Assembly (NCBI GenBank): GCA_965223005.1
Contig: CBDCVK010000004.1
Span: 1-21,437, forward strand
DNA: 21,437 nt
Origin: Terriglobia bacterium
GTDB taxonomy: Bacteria > Acidobacteriota > Terriglobia > JAJPHL01 > JAPKYU01
Direction of reading: 5' to 3'
A program made the translations under genes and the position numbers. Of this stretch, positions 1-9,200 are shown piece after piece (position 1 is the first letter of the stretch; every line of letters begins with the position of its first letter). The notes under the pieces were generated by a model. The model did no database searches and had not been told where the DNA came from. It was given only the letters and a program-made list of their open reading frames with translations.

Positions 1-1200
1 TCCCAAGACGCCTTTGTGACCAAATTGAATGCCGCAGGCAATGCGCTCGTTTACTCGACTTACCTCGGCGGCAGCGAACGCGACCAGAGCTTCGGTATCG
101 TCGTGGACGCCTCCGGCAACGCCTACGTGACGGGCCAAACGGATTCGACCAACTTCCCCACGGCCAGTCCCATCCAGCCCGCTAACGACGGCAACTCCGA
201 TGTCTTCGTGACAAAATTGAATGCCAGCGGCAACGCTCTCGTTTACTCTACCTATCTCGGCGGCGGTTCCTTTGAATGTGGCTTCGGTATCGCCGTCGAC
301 GGCTCCGGCAACGCCTACGTGGCAGGCGATACAAGTTCGAGCGACTTCCCCACAGCCAGTCCCATGCAACCCGCTCAGGCTAGTGGCGACGAAGCCTTTG
401 TGACGAAATTGAATGCCGCCGGCGACACTCTCGTCTATTCCACTTACCTGGGCGGCGACGGCAATGACGACGTCTTGGGCATCGCGGTAGACGCCTCCGG
501 CAACGCCTACGTGACGGGGAGTACCAGCTCGACCGACTTCCCCACGGCGAGTCCCCTCCAGCCTGCTTTCGGGGGCAACTCCGACGTCTTTGTGGCGAAA
601 TTGAATGCCGCCGGCGCTGCTCTCGTTTACTCTACCTATCTCGGCGGCAGCGAGTTCGACATTGGTCTCGGCATCGCGGTAGACGCCTCCGGCAACGCCT
701 ACGTGACAGGAGTGACGCGTTCGACCAACTTCCCCACGGCCAGTCCCATCCAGCCCGCTAACGCCGGCGGCTCCCAAGACGCCTTTGTGACGAAATTGAA
801 TGTCAGCGGCAACGCTCTCGTTTATTCCACCTACCTCGGCGGCAGTGGCAGCGAAATGAACTTTGGAGGAGGCATCGCTGTAGACGCGTCCGGCAACGCC
901 TACGCAACGGGCGATACTCAATCGAGCAACTTTCCCACGGCCAGTCCCATCCAGCCAAAGACGATGTTTGAGGACATCTTTGTGACGAAATTGAATGCCA
1001 GCGGCAACGCTTTTGTTTATTCCACCTACCTTGGCGGCAGCGGGGGGGACTTGCGCGGCGCCATCGCCGTAGACGGCTCCGGCAACGCCTACGTGACGGG
1101 CAGTACGGATTCGACCAACTTCCCCACGACGCCTGGTGCTTTCCAGGCCGTTAAGGGCGGCGGCAGGTTCGACGAGGACGCCTTCATAGCGAAGATCACG
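1..1200 (+). repeat. Intragenic ~192-bp tandem repeats encoding propeller blades
   Basis: 'gac(gcc/ggc/gcg)tccggcaacgcctac' begins at 106, 298, 490, 682, 883 and 1072 (periods 192, 192, 192, 201, 189). Confidence 0.9.
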
Positions 1201-1950
1201 GACCAGTCAGTGGGGCCCCCAACCCCAACCTTACCGGCCAACTCCGTGGTTAACGGCGCCAGCTTCCGAGCGGCGACAGACCCCAATGGAGCCGTCGCCC
1301 CGGGCGCGATCGTGGCCATCTTTGGCACCGACCTGGCCAGCGATACCCTGCTGGCGGGTCAAGTACCACTTCCCACCACGCTGGGAGAGACCAGCGTAGC
1401 CTTCGACAATATTCCCGCGTCGCTGTTTTTCGTTTCCGGCACGCAGATCAATGCGCAGGTCCCGTTTGAGCTGATGGCCGGAGCGGGTTCGGTCACGGTG
1501 CAGGTGAAGCGAGGTAGTGAAACGAGTACGGCGCAGCCGATCGGGATCGCGGCCGTGTCGCCGGGCGTTTTTACGCTGAACCAGCAGGGCACCGGCGACG
1601 GCGCGATCCTGCGCGCGGACGATTTCCAGCCGGTCAGCGAAAGCGCCCCGGCACAACCCGGCGAATTCCTGGCGATCTTTTGCACCGGGCTCGGTCCGGT
1701 ACAGCCCGAAGTCCCGTCCGGCGATGTCGCCCCCACCGCTGAGCCTCTGGCGCGAACCGTTAGCCTGCCGATGGTAAACATCGCCGGCATAGCCGCCGAC
1801 GTGACCTTTTCCGGCCTGGCCCCAGGATTTGTGGGCCTCTACCAAGTCAACGTGCAGGTTCCAGGAGGTGTCCCTGCGGGCACGCAGGATGTGGAGATCA
1901 TCATCAACGGCGTCTCAAGTAAGATCGTCACCGTGCCTGTCTCCCCTTAA
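1..1950 (+). CDS. SBBP (seven-bladed beta-propeller) repeat protein with Solibacter-type C-terminal IPT/TIG-like domain (TIGR03437-like); 5'-truncated by window edge
   Basis: Frame is open from base 1 (SQDAFVTKLN...). Six ~64-aa repeats 'LVYSTYLGG...GIAVDASGNAYVTG.T.STNFPT..P.Q....DAFVTKLN'. C-terminal 'VVNGASF...VAPGAIVAIFGT...QINAQVP...PGVFT...GLAPGFVGLYQVNVQVP' is typical of acidobacterial surface proteins. Confidence 0.9.
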   Translation, partial: SQDAFVTKLNAAGNALVYSTYLGGSERDQSFGIVVDASGNAYVTGQTDSTNFPTASPIQPANDGNSDVFVTKLNASGNALVYSTYLGGGSFECGFGIAVDGSGNAYVAGDTSSSDFPTASPMQPAQASGDEAFVTKLNAAGDTLVYSTYLGGDGNDDVLGIAVDASGNAYVTGSTSSTDFPTASPLQPAFGGNSDVFVAKLNAAGAALVYSTYLGGSEFDIGLGIAVDASGNAYVTGVTRSTNFPTASPIQPANAGGSQDAFVTKLNVSGNALVYSTYLGGSGSEMNFGGGIAVDASGNAYATGDTQSSNFPTASPIQPKTMFEDIFVTKLNASGNAFVYSTYLGGSGGDLRGAIAVDGSGNAYVTGSTDSTNFPTTPGAFQAVKGGGRFDEDAFIAKITDQSVGPPTPTLPANSVVNGASFRAATDPNGAVAPGAIVAIFGTDLASDTLLAGQVPLPTTLGETSVAFDNIPASLFFVSGTQINAQVPFELMAGAGSVTVQVKRGSETSTAQPIGIAAVSPGVFTLNQQGTGDGAILRADDFQPVSESAPAQPGEFLAIFCTGLGPVQPEVPSGDVAPTAEPLARTVSLPMVNIAGIAADVTFSGLAPGFVGLYQVNVQVPGGVPAGTQDVEIIINGVSSKIVTVPVSP

Positions 1951-1992
1951 GGTGTGGAGACCTTGAGGTGTGAAGGCCCTGAGGTGTGAAGG
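1945..1992. repeat. 3 x 16-bp tandem repeat filling the intergenic gap
   Basis: ccttaaggtgtggaga / ccttgaggtgtgaagg / ccctgaggtgtgaagg. Confidence 0.8.
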
Positions 1993-1993
1993 A

Positions 1994-2944
1994 ATGAGCA
2001 CGGCTGAAGCTACGGTTCAGAGCATCCTGGGAGGCGACCTGCGCGCCCTGGCCCGGGCGATCACCACCGTCGAAAATGGCGAGCCTCAGGCGGATGAGTT
2101 GCTCAAGCAGTTGTTCCCGCACTCCGGCCGCGCGCTGGTGGTGGGCATTACCGGGTCGCCCGGCGCAGGCAAGAGCACGCTGGTGGACCGCATGGCCGCC
2201 GCCTACCGCCGCCAGGAAAAGACCGTCGGGATCATCGCCGTGGACCCCAGCAGTCCATTTTCCGGCGGCGCCATTCTGGGAGACCGGATTCGCATGCAGG
2301 GTCACAGCAGCGATCCCGGGATCTACATCCGCAGCATGGCTACCCGCGGCAGCCTGGGCGGCCTGGCGCGCGCCACCGTGGACGTGGCCACGCTGCTAGA
2401 CGCCGCCGGCCGAGATATCGTGGTGGTGGAAACGGTGGGCGTGGGCCAGGATGAGGTGGACATCGTAAAGCTCGCTGACGTGACCGTGGTGCTGCTGGTC
2501 CCCGGCATGGGCGACGATGTGCAGACGATCAAGGCCGGCCTGATGGAAATTGCCGACATCTTCGCCATCAACAAGGCCGACCGGGATGGCAGCGACCGGC
2601 TTGAGGCGGAACTCCATGCCCTGCTTGCCATCTCTCAGCGCGCCGACGGCTGGGCACCGGTGGTGCTCAAGACGGTAGCCACCGAAGGAGCGGGAGTGGA
2701 AGAGTTGTTTGCCGCCATCGAGCGCTACCGGGAGTTCCTCGACGGCGCCGGTCTGTCGGAGCAGAAGGGGCGGCATAACTGGCGCCAGCGTCTGCTGGCG
2801 CTGCTGCGCGAGCGGTTGCTGAATCGCGTGGTCATTGAGACACTGGACGACGGCCTCCTGGACGAGTACGCGGCGCGAGTCGCGGCGCGTCAGGTGGACC
2901 CGTACTCTGTGGTGGATGAAGTTCTGAAAAAGGCGGGCCTGTGA
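1994..2944 (+). CDS. meaB: Methylmalonyl-CoA mutase-associated GTPase MeaB/ArgK
   Basis: 'ALARAIT.VE', Walker A 'GITGSPGAGKST', 'AVDPSSPFSGGAILGDRIRM', 'IRSMATRGSLGGL', 'VETVGVGQDE', 'INKAD'. ATG at 1994 preferred over the ORF-track start at 1970, which lies inside a repeat. Confidence 0.95.
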   Translation: MSTAEATVQSILGGDLRALARAITTVENGEPQADELLKQLFPHSGRALVVGITGSPGAGKSTLVDRMAAAYRRQEKTVGIIAVDPSSPFSGGAILGDRIRMQGHSSDPGIYIRSMATRGSLGGLARATVDVATLLDAAGRDIVVVETVGVGQDEVDIVKLADVTVVLLVPGMGDDVQTIKAGLMEIADIFAINKADRDGSDRLEAELHALLAISQRADGWAPVVLKTVATEGAGVEELFAAIERYREFLDGAGLSEQKGRHNWRQRLLALLRERLLNRVVIETLDDGLLDEYAARVAARQVDPYSVVDEVLKKAGL

Positions 2945-3354
2945 GTCGCTACGTCGTGGATCACATTGGGATTGCGGTTCGCTCGCTGGAGGCGGCGCTC
3001 GACTTCTATCGCCAACACCTGCAAATGGAGGTAGGGGGTATCGAGACGGTGGAAGCCGAGAAGGTGCGCGTGGCTATGCTTCCGGTGGGCGAGAGCCGGA
3101 TCGAGCTGCTGGAGGCCACTGCCGAGGATTCTCCCATCGCTCGTTTTCTGGCAAAGCGCGGCGAGGGGCTGCACCACATCTCGCTGCGGGTCGAAAACCT
3201 GACGGCCGTGGTGGAGCGAATGAAACGGGCGGGCCTTCGCCTGATCAACTCCGAGCCGCAGCGCGGCGCCGGAGGGCATCGGTACGTGTTTGTTCACCCC
3301 CAGAGCGCCGGGGGCGTGCTGCTGGAGCTGATCGAAGACAGCAATGACCCGTAA
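2941..3354 (+). CDS. mce: Methylmalonyl-CoA epimerase (VOC/glyoxalase superfamily)
   Basis: 'DHIGIAV', 'IELLE', 'FLAKRGEGLHHI', 'FVHP.SAGGVLLELIE'. GTGA overlap with the meaB stop. Confidence 0.92.
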   Translation: MSRYVVDHIGIAVRSLEAALDFYRQHLQMEVGGIETVEAEKVRVAMLPVGESRIELLEATAEDSPIARFLAKRGEGLHHISLRVENLTAVVERMKRAGLRLINSEPQRGAGGHRYVFVHPQSAGGVLLELIEDSNDP

Positions 3355-3400
3355 GCAAAAGGTTGGAAAGGTTGCAGGCCGGTCAAAGAAAAGGAGTGGG

Positions 3401-4267
3401 ATGGCAGAATCTCGCGCAGAAATCGGAATTATCGGTGGAAGCGGCCTCTACAGCATGCAGGGGCTTGAAGGAATCCGGGAAGTAAAACTCCGCACGCCGT
3501 GGGGAAGCCCGTCCGACAGTTACCTGGTCGGCACACTAGCCGGGCGCCGCGTGGCCTTTCTGGCGCGGCATGGGCGCGGCCATCGCATTATGCCTACGGA
3601 GCTGAATTTCCGCGCCAACATCTACGGCTTCAAAAAACTGGGCGTGGAGCGCGTGATTTCCTTCAGCGCCGTCGGTTCCCTCAAAGAAGAGCACCACCCG
3701 CTGGAGTTCCTCATTCCCGACCAGTTCTACGACCATACAAAGTTGCGGGTCTCCACTTTTTTCGGCGATGGCCTGGTGGTGCACATCAGCTTTGCTGACC
3801 CGGTTTGCCCGGAAGTGGCCAAGGTTGTCTATGAGGCCTGCCAGGGAGTAGGCGTGCCGGCGAAGCTCGGCGGGACTTATCTGTGTATGGAGGGTCCGAA
3901 CTTTTCCAGCAAAGCGGAGTCCGAGGTGTACCGCTCCTGGGGCATGGACATCATCGGGATGACCAATGTGCAGGAAGCCAAGCTGGCACGGGAGGCCGAG
4001 CTCTGTTACGCGACCGTCGCTATGGTGACCGACTACGATTGCTGGCATCCGGGGCACGACGCGGTCACCGTGACGGAGGTGATTAACTATCTGAACAAGA
4101 ATGCCGCCAATGCTGTCCGGGTGTTGGCCAAGGCCGTTGAGGCGATTCCACACGATCGGGGTTGCAAGTGCGGGTCGGCCCTGGCACACGCCATGATCAC
4201 CGACCGCAGCAAAATCCCGGATACCACCCGCCAGAAGTTGGCGCTGCTGGTGGGCAAGTACCTCTGA
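3401..4267 (+). CDS. mtnP: S-methyl-5'-thioadenosine phosphorylase
   Basis: 'IGIIGGSGLY', 'FLARHGRGH', 'NFRANIY', 'EGPNFSSKAES', 'IGMTN..EAKLAREAELCY', 'VTDYDCWH'. AAGGAG at 3391-3396 precedes ATG 3401 (ORF is open from 3344). Confidence 0.95.
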   Translation: MAESRAEIGIIGGSGLYSMQGLEGIREVKLRTPWGSPSDSYLVGTLAGRRVAFLARHGRGHRIMPTELNFRANIYGFKKLGVERVISFSAVGSLKEEHHPLEFLIPDQFYDHTKLRVSTFFGDGLVVHISFADPVCPEVAKVVYEACQGVGVPAKLGGTYLCMEGPNFSSKAESEVYRSWGMDIIGMTNVQEAKLAREAELCYATVAMVTDYDCWHPGHDAVTVTEVINYLNKNAANAVRVLAKAVEAIPHDRGCKCGSALAHAMITDRSKIPDTTRQKLALLVGKYL

Positions 4268-4288
4268 CTGTGGAATTAATGTAAAGCT

Positions 4289-4645
4289 TCACTTTATTCC
4301 TGTATCCTTCTTGTATCGTTCAAGTTGTGCTAGGAGACTCTTATCGCCAAGGGCGGCGGCCACATGTGCATGCTCCCAGGCTTTCTCCATTTCGCCGCGC
4401 ACCGCATAGGCACGGCCTAGGCTGACATGGGCAGCGGCCAGGCGGGGGTCGAGCGAAAGCGCCTTGAGGAAATACTCGACGGCAAGGTCCTGCTTGTACT
4501 GAATCTGGAAGAGCAAGCCGAGGTTCAAGTGGGCGCGGGCATCATTTGGGTTGGCGGCGATGGCCGCTTTCTGCTCGGCAATGTGGCGCTCGGTATCGTG
4601 GTCGAGCGCAAACCCGATGACCTCTTCTCGCCAGAACTCATCCAT
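4289..4645 (-). CDS. Small tetratricopeptide-repeat protein
   Basis: TPR motifs 'AIAANPNDARAHLNLGLLF...AVEYFLKALSLDPRLAAAHVSLGRAY..RGEMEKA'. Confidence 0.85.
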   Translation of the reverse strand: MDEFWREEVIGFALDHDTERHIAEQKAAIAANPNDARAHLNLGLLFQIQYKQDLAVEYFLKALSLDPRLAAAHVSLGRAYAVRGEMEKAWEHAHVAAALGDKSLLAQLERYKKDTGIK

Positions 4646-4692
4646 AGGAATTGCACCGCACGAACAGGGAGGAATTGCACCGAATGGACAGG
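4646..4692. repeat. Imperfect direct repeat, 2 x 23 bp with 24-bp period
   Basis: aggaattgcaccgcacgaacagg (4646-4668) / aggaattgcaccgaatggacagg (4670-4692). Confidence 0.75.
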
Positions 4693-4711
4693 TAAGAACG
4701 CCTGTCGCTAC
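4687..4711 (-). repeat. REP-like (GTAG-family) palindromic element
   Basis: Minus strand reads GTAGC-GACAGG-cgttctta-CCTGTC: a GTAG tetranucleotide followed by a short hairpin. Confidence 0.5.
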
Positions 4712-4714
4712 GTC

Positions 4715-5269
4715 TCACCGCCGGCCTAGATCGGTGAGGAAGCTGTCATACACGCTGCGAAATTTGTCCGCGGACGCTGGTCCAGCGGGCCCGCCCACCA
4801 CCGTAAGGGTGGGACTCTCCGGGCTGAACTGGCTGCTCGCCCGCGACGCAGCCTCGCGTTCTTCAGCGAAGATTTCCTCGACCGCCCGCAGCCGCCGCAT
4901 CGCCTCCTGCACGAGCAACTCGCTGTACTCATCCAACTGATCCAGACTGTAGTAAGCCGCCTCCAGGGCCTGCGCGGCCGTGTCACACCGGGGAGCGGCT
5001 GCCTCGGCCATGGCGCGGGCGGGGGTGTTGCGGAGCGAATCGGCGAACCGCTGGTTGAACTCCTTCCAGCGCTCCAGCACGATCAGCGCGCCGTAGCGGG
5101 CCTTGTCCAGCGCCATCTCCCAACCGAAATGGCTGCCCTTGCGCTTGCCGGCGAGCTTTGCCAGGTAGGCATCGGTTTCCCCCAGGTTGCGGCCCAGCGA
5201 GTTCGAGAAGGCAGCCAGGCAGGCCAAGTACTCGGTGTGGTTCAGGGCAGGCTGGTCAAGAATCCTCAT
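4715..5269 (-). CDS. Hypothetical alpha-helical protein
   Basis: 184-aa ORF with protein-like composition. Overlaps the upstream gene's stop and fits the minus-strand run. No family recognised. Confidence 0.7.
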   Translation of the reverse strand: MRILDQPALNHTEYLACLAAFSNSLGRNLGETDAYLAKLAGKRKGSHFGWEMALDKARYGALIVLERWKEFNQRFADSLRNTPARAMAEAAAPRCDTAAQALEAAYYSLDQLDEYSELLVQEAMRRLRAVEEIFAEEREAASRASSQFSPESPTLTVVGGPAGPASADKFRSVYDSFLTDLGRR

Positions 5270-5792
5270 CGCAGGCCGTTAGCAATGCGGTGGCTACTGT
5301 CCAGCGGCGCTCGTCGGAGTGGCGGCTTTTCAGGGCTTCCCACTGCTGGTGAATTTCCGTCTGGCGCTCGACGATGCCTTCAGAGTCAATCTCTTCGCCT
5401 GGCAGGAAGTTCAGTTCGCAGGCTTTGAGCCGGCCCGGTTGGCGCGGGTCGTAGATGGGCATGCCGAACTTGCGGCACACCAGCGGCCGGGCAGGATAGA
5501 TGGCGCAAGCACCCTCCGGCGTGAGGGCCGCGCAAGCCAGCCGCCGCCCTTCGAGCTTGCTGTGCTGCTGCTGGTAAAGGCTGGCCCGTGCCCAAAGCTT
5601 TTCCTGTTCCGGGTTTGGCAACCCGGCCACGTAGGCGGCGATGCGACGGGCCTCCAGCGTGTCCACATCGAACAGGTGGTGGCAGCAATCGGTGCACCCC
5701 AGGCCGCAGCGCATGCGGTCGCCGAAGCGGGCCTTATTGCGGGCAAACTCCGCCTCGACCAGGCCTGCGATCTGGAAGTATTCGGCTTCCAT
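5256..5792 (-). CDS. YkgJ-family Cys-cluster (putative Fe-S/Zn-binding) protein
   Basis: 'CGLGCTDCC' ... 'CAALTPEGACAIYPARPLVCRKFG' (CxxxCxxCC...C..L....C.IY..RP..CR). ATG 5792 chosen to avoid overlap (ORF is open to 5837). Confidence 0.9.
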   Translation of the reverse strand: MEAEYFQIAGLVEAEFARNKARFGDRMRCGLGCTDCCHHLFDVDTLEARRIAAYVAGLPNPEQEKLWARASLYQQQHSKLEGRRLACAALTPEGACAIYPARPLVCRKFGMPIYDPRQPGRLKACELNFLPGEEIDSEGIVERQTEIHQQWEALKSRHSDERRWTVATALLTACDEDS

Positions 5793-5802
5793 TGGGTGGG
5801 TA

Positions 5803-6081
5803 TCAGGCGGGGGTGTACTCGCGGATTGCGGCTTCAAACTCTTCGGCGGTAATCTGCTCCCCCTCGTTCATTCGGTCGAGCAGTTGCTGGATGACGCCTT
5901 TGGCCTGCTCCTTGCGGTAGTTGCGAATGAACCCATCGTAGAAGTGGTCACCGGCCAGCGCCCGGTTGAGCTCCCACTCCTTGTTGTGATCCTGCAGCTC
6001 GGTGAAGTACAGCACCTTGTACTTGCCGGCCAACGGCTCCCGGTAGACTTCAAACATCACCTTGTCGGCTTCAAACATCAT
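5803..6081 (-). CDS. Small hypothetical protein
   Basis: 'MMFEADKVMFEVYRE...YFTEL.DHNKEWELNRALAGDHFYDGFI'. Strong GC3 codon pattern; AGAGGG upstream of ATG 6081. Confidence 0.75.
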   Translation of the reverse strand: MMFEADKVMFEVYREPLAGKYKVLYFTELQDHNKEWELNRALAGDHFYDGFIRNYRKEQAKGVIQQLLDRMNEGEQITAEEFEAAIREYTPA

Positions 6082-6131
6082 TCGCCCTCTGCTGTTTTGT
6101 CGTACTTTTTGTCGGAGATGCCCATAGCGGA

Positions 6132-6140
6132 AGACTAACA
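6132..6140 (-). promoter_or_regulatory. Candidate extended -10 promoter for the 6081-4289 cluster
   Basis: Minus strand TGtTAGTCT, just downstream of the terminator and ~50 nt upstream of the ATG. Confidence 0.35.
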
Positions 6141-6152
6141 CGCCCTTCCTGC

Positions 6153-6182
6153 AGAAAAAAGCCCTCCCGGAAAGGAGGGCTT
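6153..6182 (-). terminator. Rho-independent terminator of the plsR/plsA-like operon
   Basis: Minus strand AAGCCCTCC-tttccg-GGAGGGCTT-TTTTCT, ~37 nt after the stop at 6219. Confidence 0.9.
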
Positions 6183-6218
6183 GGTGTCAGCGCTAGAAAC
6201 CGTCGCGAGAAAACATCC

Positions 6219-9200
6219 CTAGTCGCCGGGCACGGCTTCCTCGATTTCGGCTGCCTGCTCCGGAGAGGGAGTCCACTCGGGGTGCGCGGTGAACTCGCGG
6301 CGGAGTTGCTCTTCTAGTTCGCGCAAGCGGGTGTCAATCTCAGCGGTCTTCTGCTTGGCCCGCACCATGTCCTCACGGTACCGCTTCAGGAAGTAGCCAA
6401 TGGTCTCGACCCGAATCTTGATCGAGCCGGTTGGCTTGTTCTCGTCAATGTCCTTAAAGCAGAAGTATGGGGTCCCGGAGTGTTCCACAATCTCCTCGAC
6501 CACCGAGTAAATGGGCGCGTCGTGGCCGCACTTGAAGCTGGACATCTCCAGGGCCACCAGATTCGGGTGCCGGGCAATGTACTTGGCCGCCCAGACCTTG
6601 CGGCTGGTGTTCTCGCTGTAGGAGTTCTTCCAGACGTCGCTAATGGCCATCGGGTGCGCGATTTCCCCGGCCTGCACTTCCTCGTGGAAGAGCTTCCAGA
6701 GCATATCGTCATCAATCGGCAGGGCGTCCTGGGCGATGACCGGGTAGCCCAGCTTCTGGAACTCCTCCAGGATTTCGTGGTTGATGCCCGGGTCATTGTG
6801 GTAGGGCCGGGCCAGCAGCACGACGCCCAGCTTGTCCTCAGCCTCCAGCTTGCTGATGATTTCCCGGGCTTGGCCGCGCAGCACGACGTTGTCGAAATAG
6901 TTCAGCTGTTTGTACCCTTCCTCGACGGCCCGGTAGTTCTCTTCCTCACTTAGTCCCAGAATGTCCTTCCAGTCCTCGTACATCTGGCGGCACAGCACGT
7001 CGGGCTTGTCCATGCAAACCAAGGTGTCCATCCAGAGTACGCCCTTCTCCCGGAACAGGTCACCTTCCTTGGTGAAGGCAGCCTTGACCGCTGACGGCGT
7101 GCCCGTCACGGTCGGGCAGGCACGGCTGTCCTGGGTGCCGACCAGATCCGAGGTCAGGCTGTCAATCATCGGGAAGAAGAGGACGTCCAGCTTCTTCTTG
7201 GGATGAATCACATAGAGCAGGTTGTGGACATGGGGAATGCCGACCTTGCTGGGGAAGCAAGGGTCAATGGCGCCGCGCTTGGCGCCCTCCTTGTAAAGCT
7301 GCTCACTGGTGTACTCGGAGTAAATCAGGTTCTCCGGCTTCACGCCCAGCGCCTCGAAGTAGCCAGAGAAGAAAGGCGTCTGCGAGTACATGTTCAGCAC
7401 CCGGGGCATGCCGATCTTGATTTCCGAGCGCCTCTTCATAAGCTGGACGCGCTTCTTTTGTCCTTGGGTAAAAGCCCGCCGGAGGACCGGGTCCGCCACG
7501 ACCGGGGCGCCGTAGCTGCGGAAGGCGGCTCTGGAGGCCACGTCCACCAGGTTGGGGTTCTCTTTCTTCATGGCGTCCAGGCCGGACTTGATGTGGCGCA
7601 TATCGTCCACATTCTCGACCGTGCCCTTCTCGCAGGTGGCGATGATCAGGCGCTGTGCGCCGGGCTCCAGGGGCACTTTGCTCTTGACCGTCGGCCGGGT
7701 GGTGTCGCTGGCTGTGGACGCCTGGATGTCAATGAAGGTGCGCAGGCACTTGTTCTTGCAGAAGTAGCAGCGGGTGCTCTCATTCCTCGTGGTCGTGTAA
7801 GTGATCTGGGCTACGGCATCCAGTCCCATAAAGCTGGTCCGGTGTCCGTTCTCATAGAGGCGCACTGCCTCAAAGGCGCACCCGATGGCACCGGCTTCTC
7901 CGCAGTGCTTGTGGACGACGACGTCGGGTTCCAGATCCTTGCCCTTGAACCTGCCCCCAATGAAGTCCACCTGTGCTTTGACCGCTGCCAAGTTGTGCTG
8001 CGTCCCACCCTGGAGCACGAACTGGGTTCCCAACGAGGAGAGGTTCGGGATCTGGCTGACGTACAGCCAGATGTTCTTCGGCAGCACGTTGCACAGCCCG
8101 GCCATGATCTCTTCCGCCTTCCAGCCCTGCCGCTGGAAGTCCACGATGTCGGACTGCATGAACACTGCGCAACCATAACCGAACTGCGGAAAAGAGGTAG
8201 CGCCGAAGGCAATGTCGGCATACTGCTCCACCTGGAGGCCAAAGCCCTCGCACGTGGACTGGAGAAAGTAGCCGTTGCCGGCCGAGCACTGGGTGTTGAG
8301 CTTGAAGTCCTTCACCCGGCCGTCCTTCAGGATGATGATCTTGATGTCCTGCCCGCCGACGTCGCAGATGACGTCCACACCGGGGTAGAAATGCACCGCC
8401 GATTCCGTGTGGGCCACCGTCTCGACCAGCGCCACATCGGCGTTGACGGCGTCCTTCAGGATGTCCTTGGCGTATCCTGTGGTGCCCACTCCAAGCACCT
8501 GCAACGTGGCCCCCTGGTCTTCCACCTGCTTGCGCAGCCGGGCCAGCAACTCCATCGTGTCCTCGATAGGATTGCCCTTCGACAGCGAATAGCTCTTGAA
8601 GAGCACGTTGCGGTCATGGTCCACAATGACGCCCTTGGTGGAGGTGGAGCCGCCATCAATGCCGATAAAGCCTTCGAGCACCGTGCCGGGCTGCAGCTGG
8701 CCGGATTTGAACTTCTCCCGCTTGCCATAGCCGGCGTAGAATGCATCCAGATCTTCCTGGTTCTTTGCCAGGCCGCCGCCGCCAGCCCTCTTGGCCTTCT
8801 CCTCGTCCCGACCGACGGTGATGTACCACTCCAGCTTTTGCCAGCCCAGGTAGCTACCGATATGCTCCTCTTCGGTCTTGCCGAACTCCACTGAGCCGAT
8901 CGCCGCGAAGTACTGGGCATTTTCCGGAGTCTGGATCAGATCCTTGGGGTCCACACCCGCCGGCAACGGAAAGTTGCGCTCTTCCCAAATCTTGGGAATG
9001 TTGTGCTTCCAGCAGTCCCGCATCCCCTTGATGTAGGTGTTGGGGCCGCCCAGCAGCAGCACCACCGGGCGCAGCGTATTGCCGCGGGTCAGCACCGACA
9101 GGTTCTGCTGCACAATGGCTTCGAACAAAGAAGCCATCAATTCGGGAGGTGTAACGCCCTGTTTCTGTAGCCCATTGATGTCGGTTTCGGCAAAGACGCC

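Noticed and set aside
1-1200. Diversity-generating retroelement TR/VR pair
   Set aside because: No reverse transcriptase is in the window, the repeats are in-frame blades, and differences are not evidently adenine-restricted.
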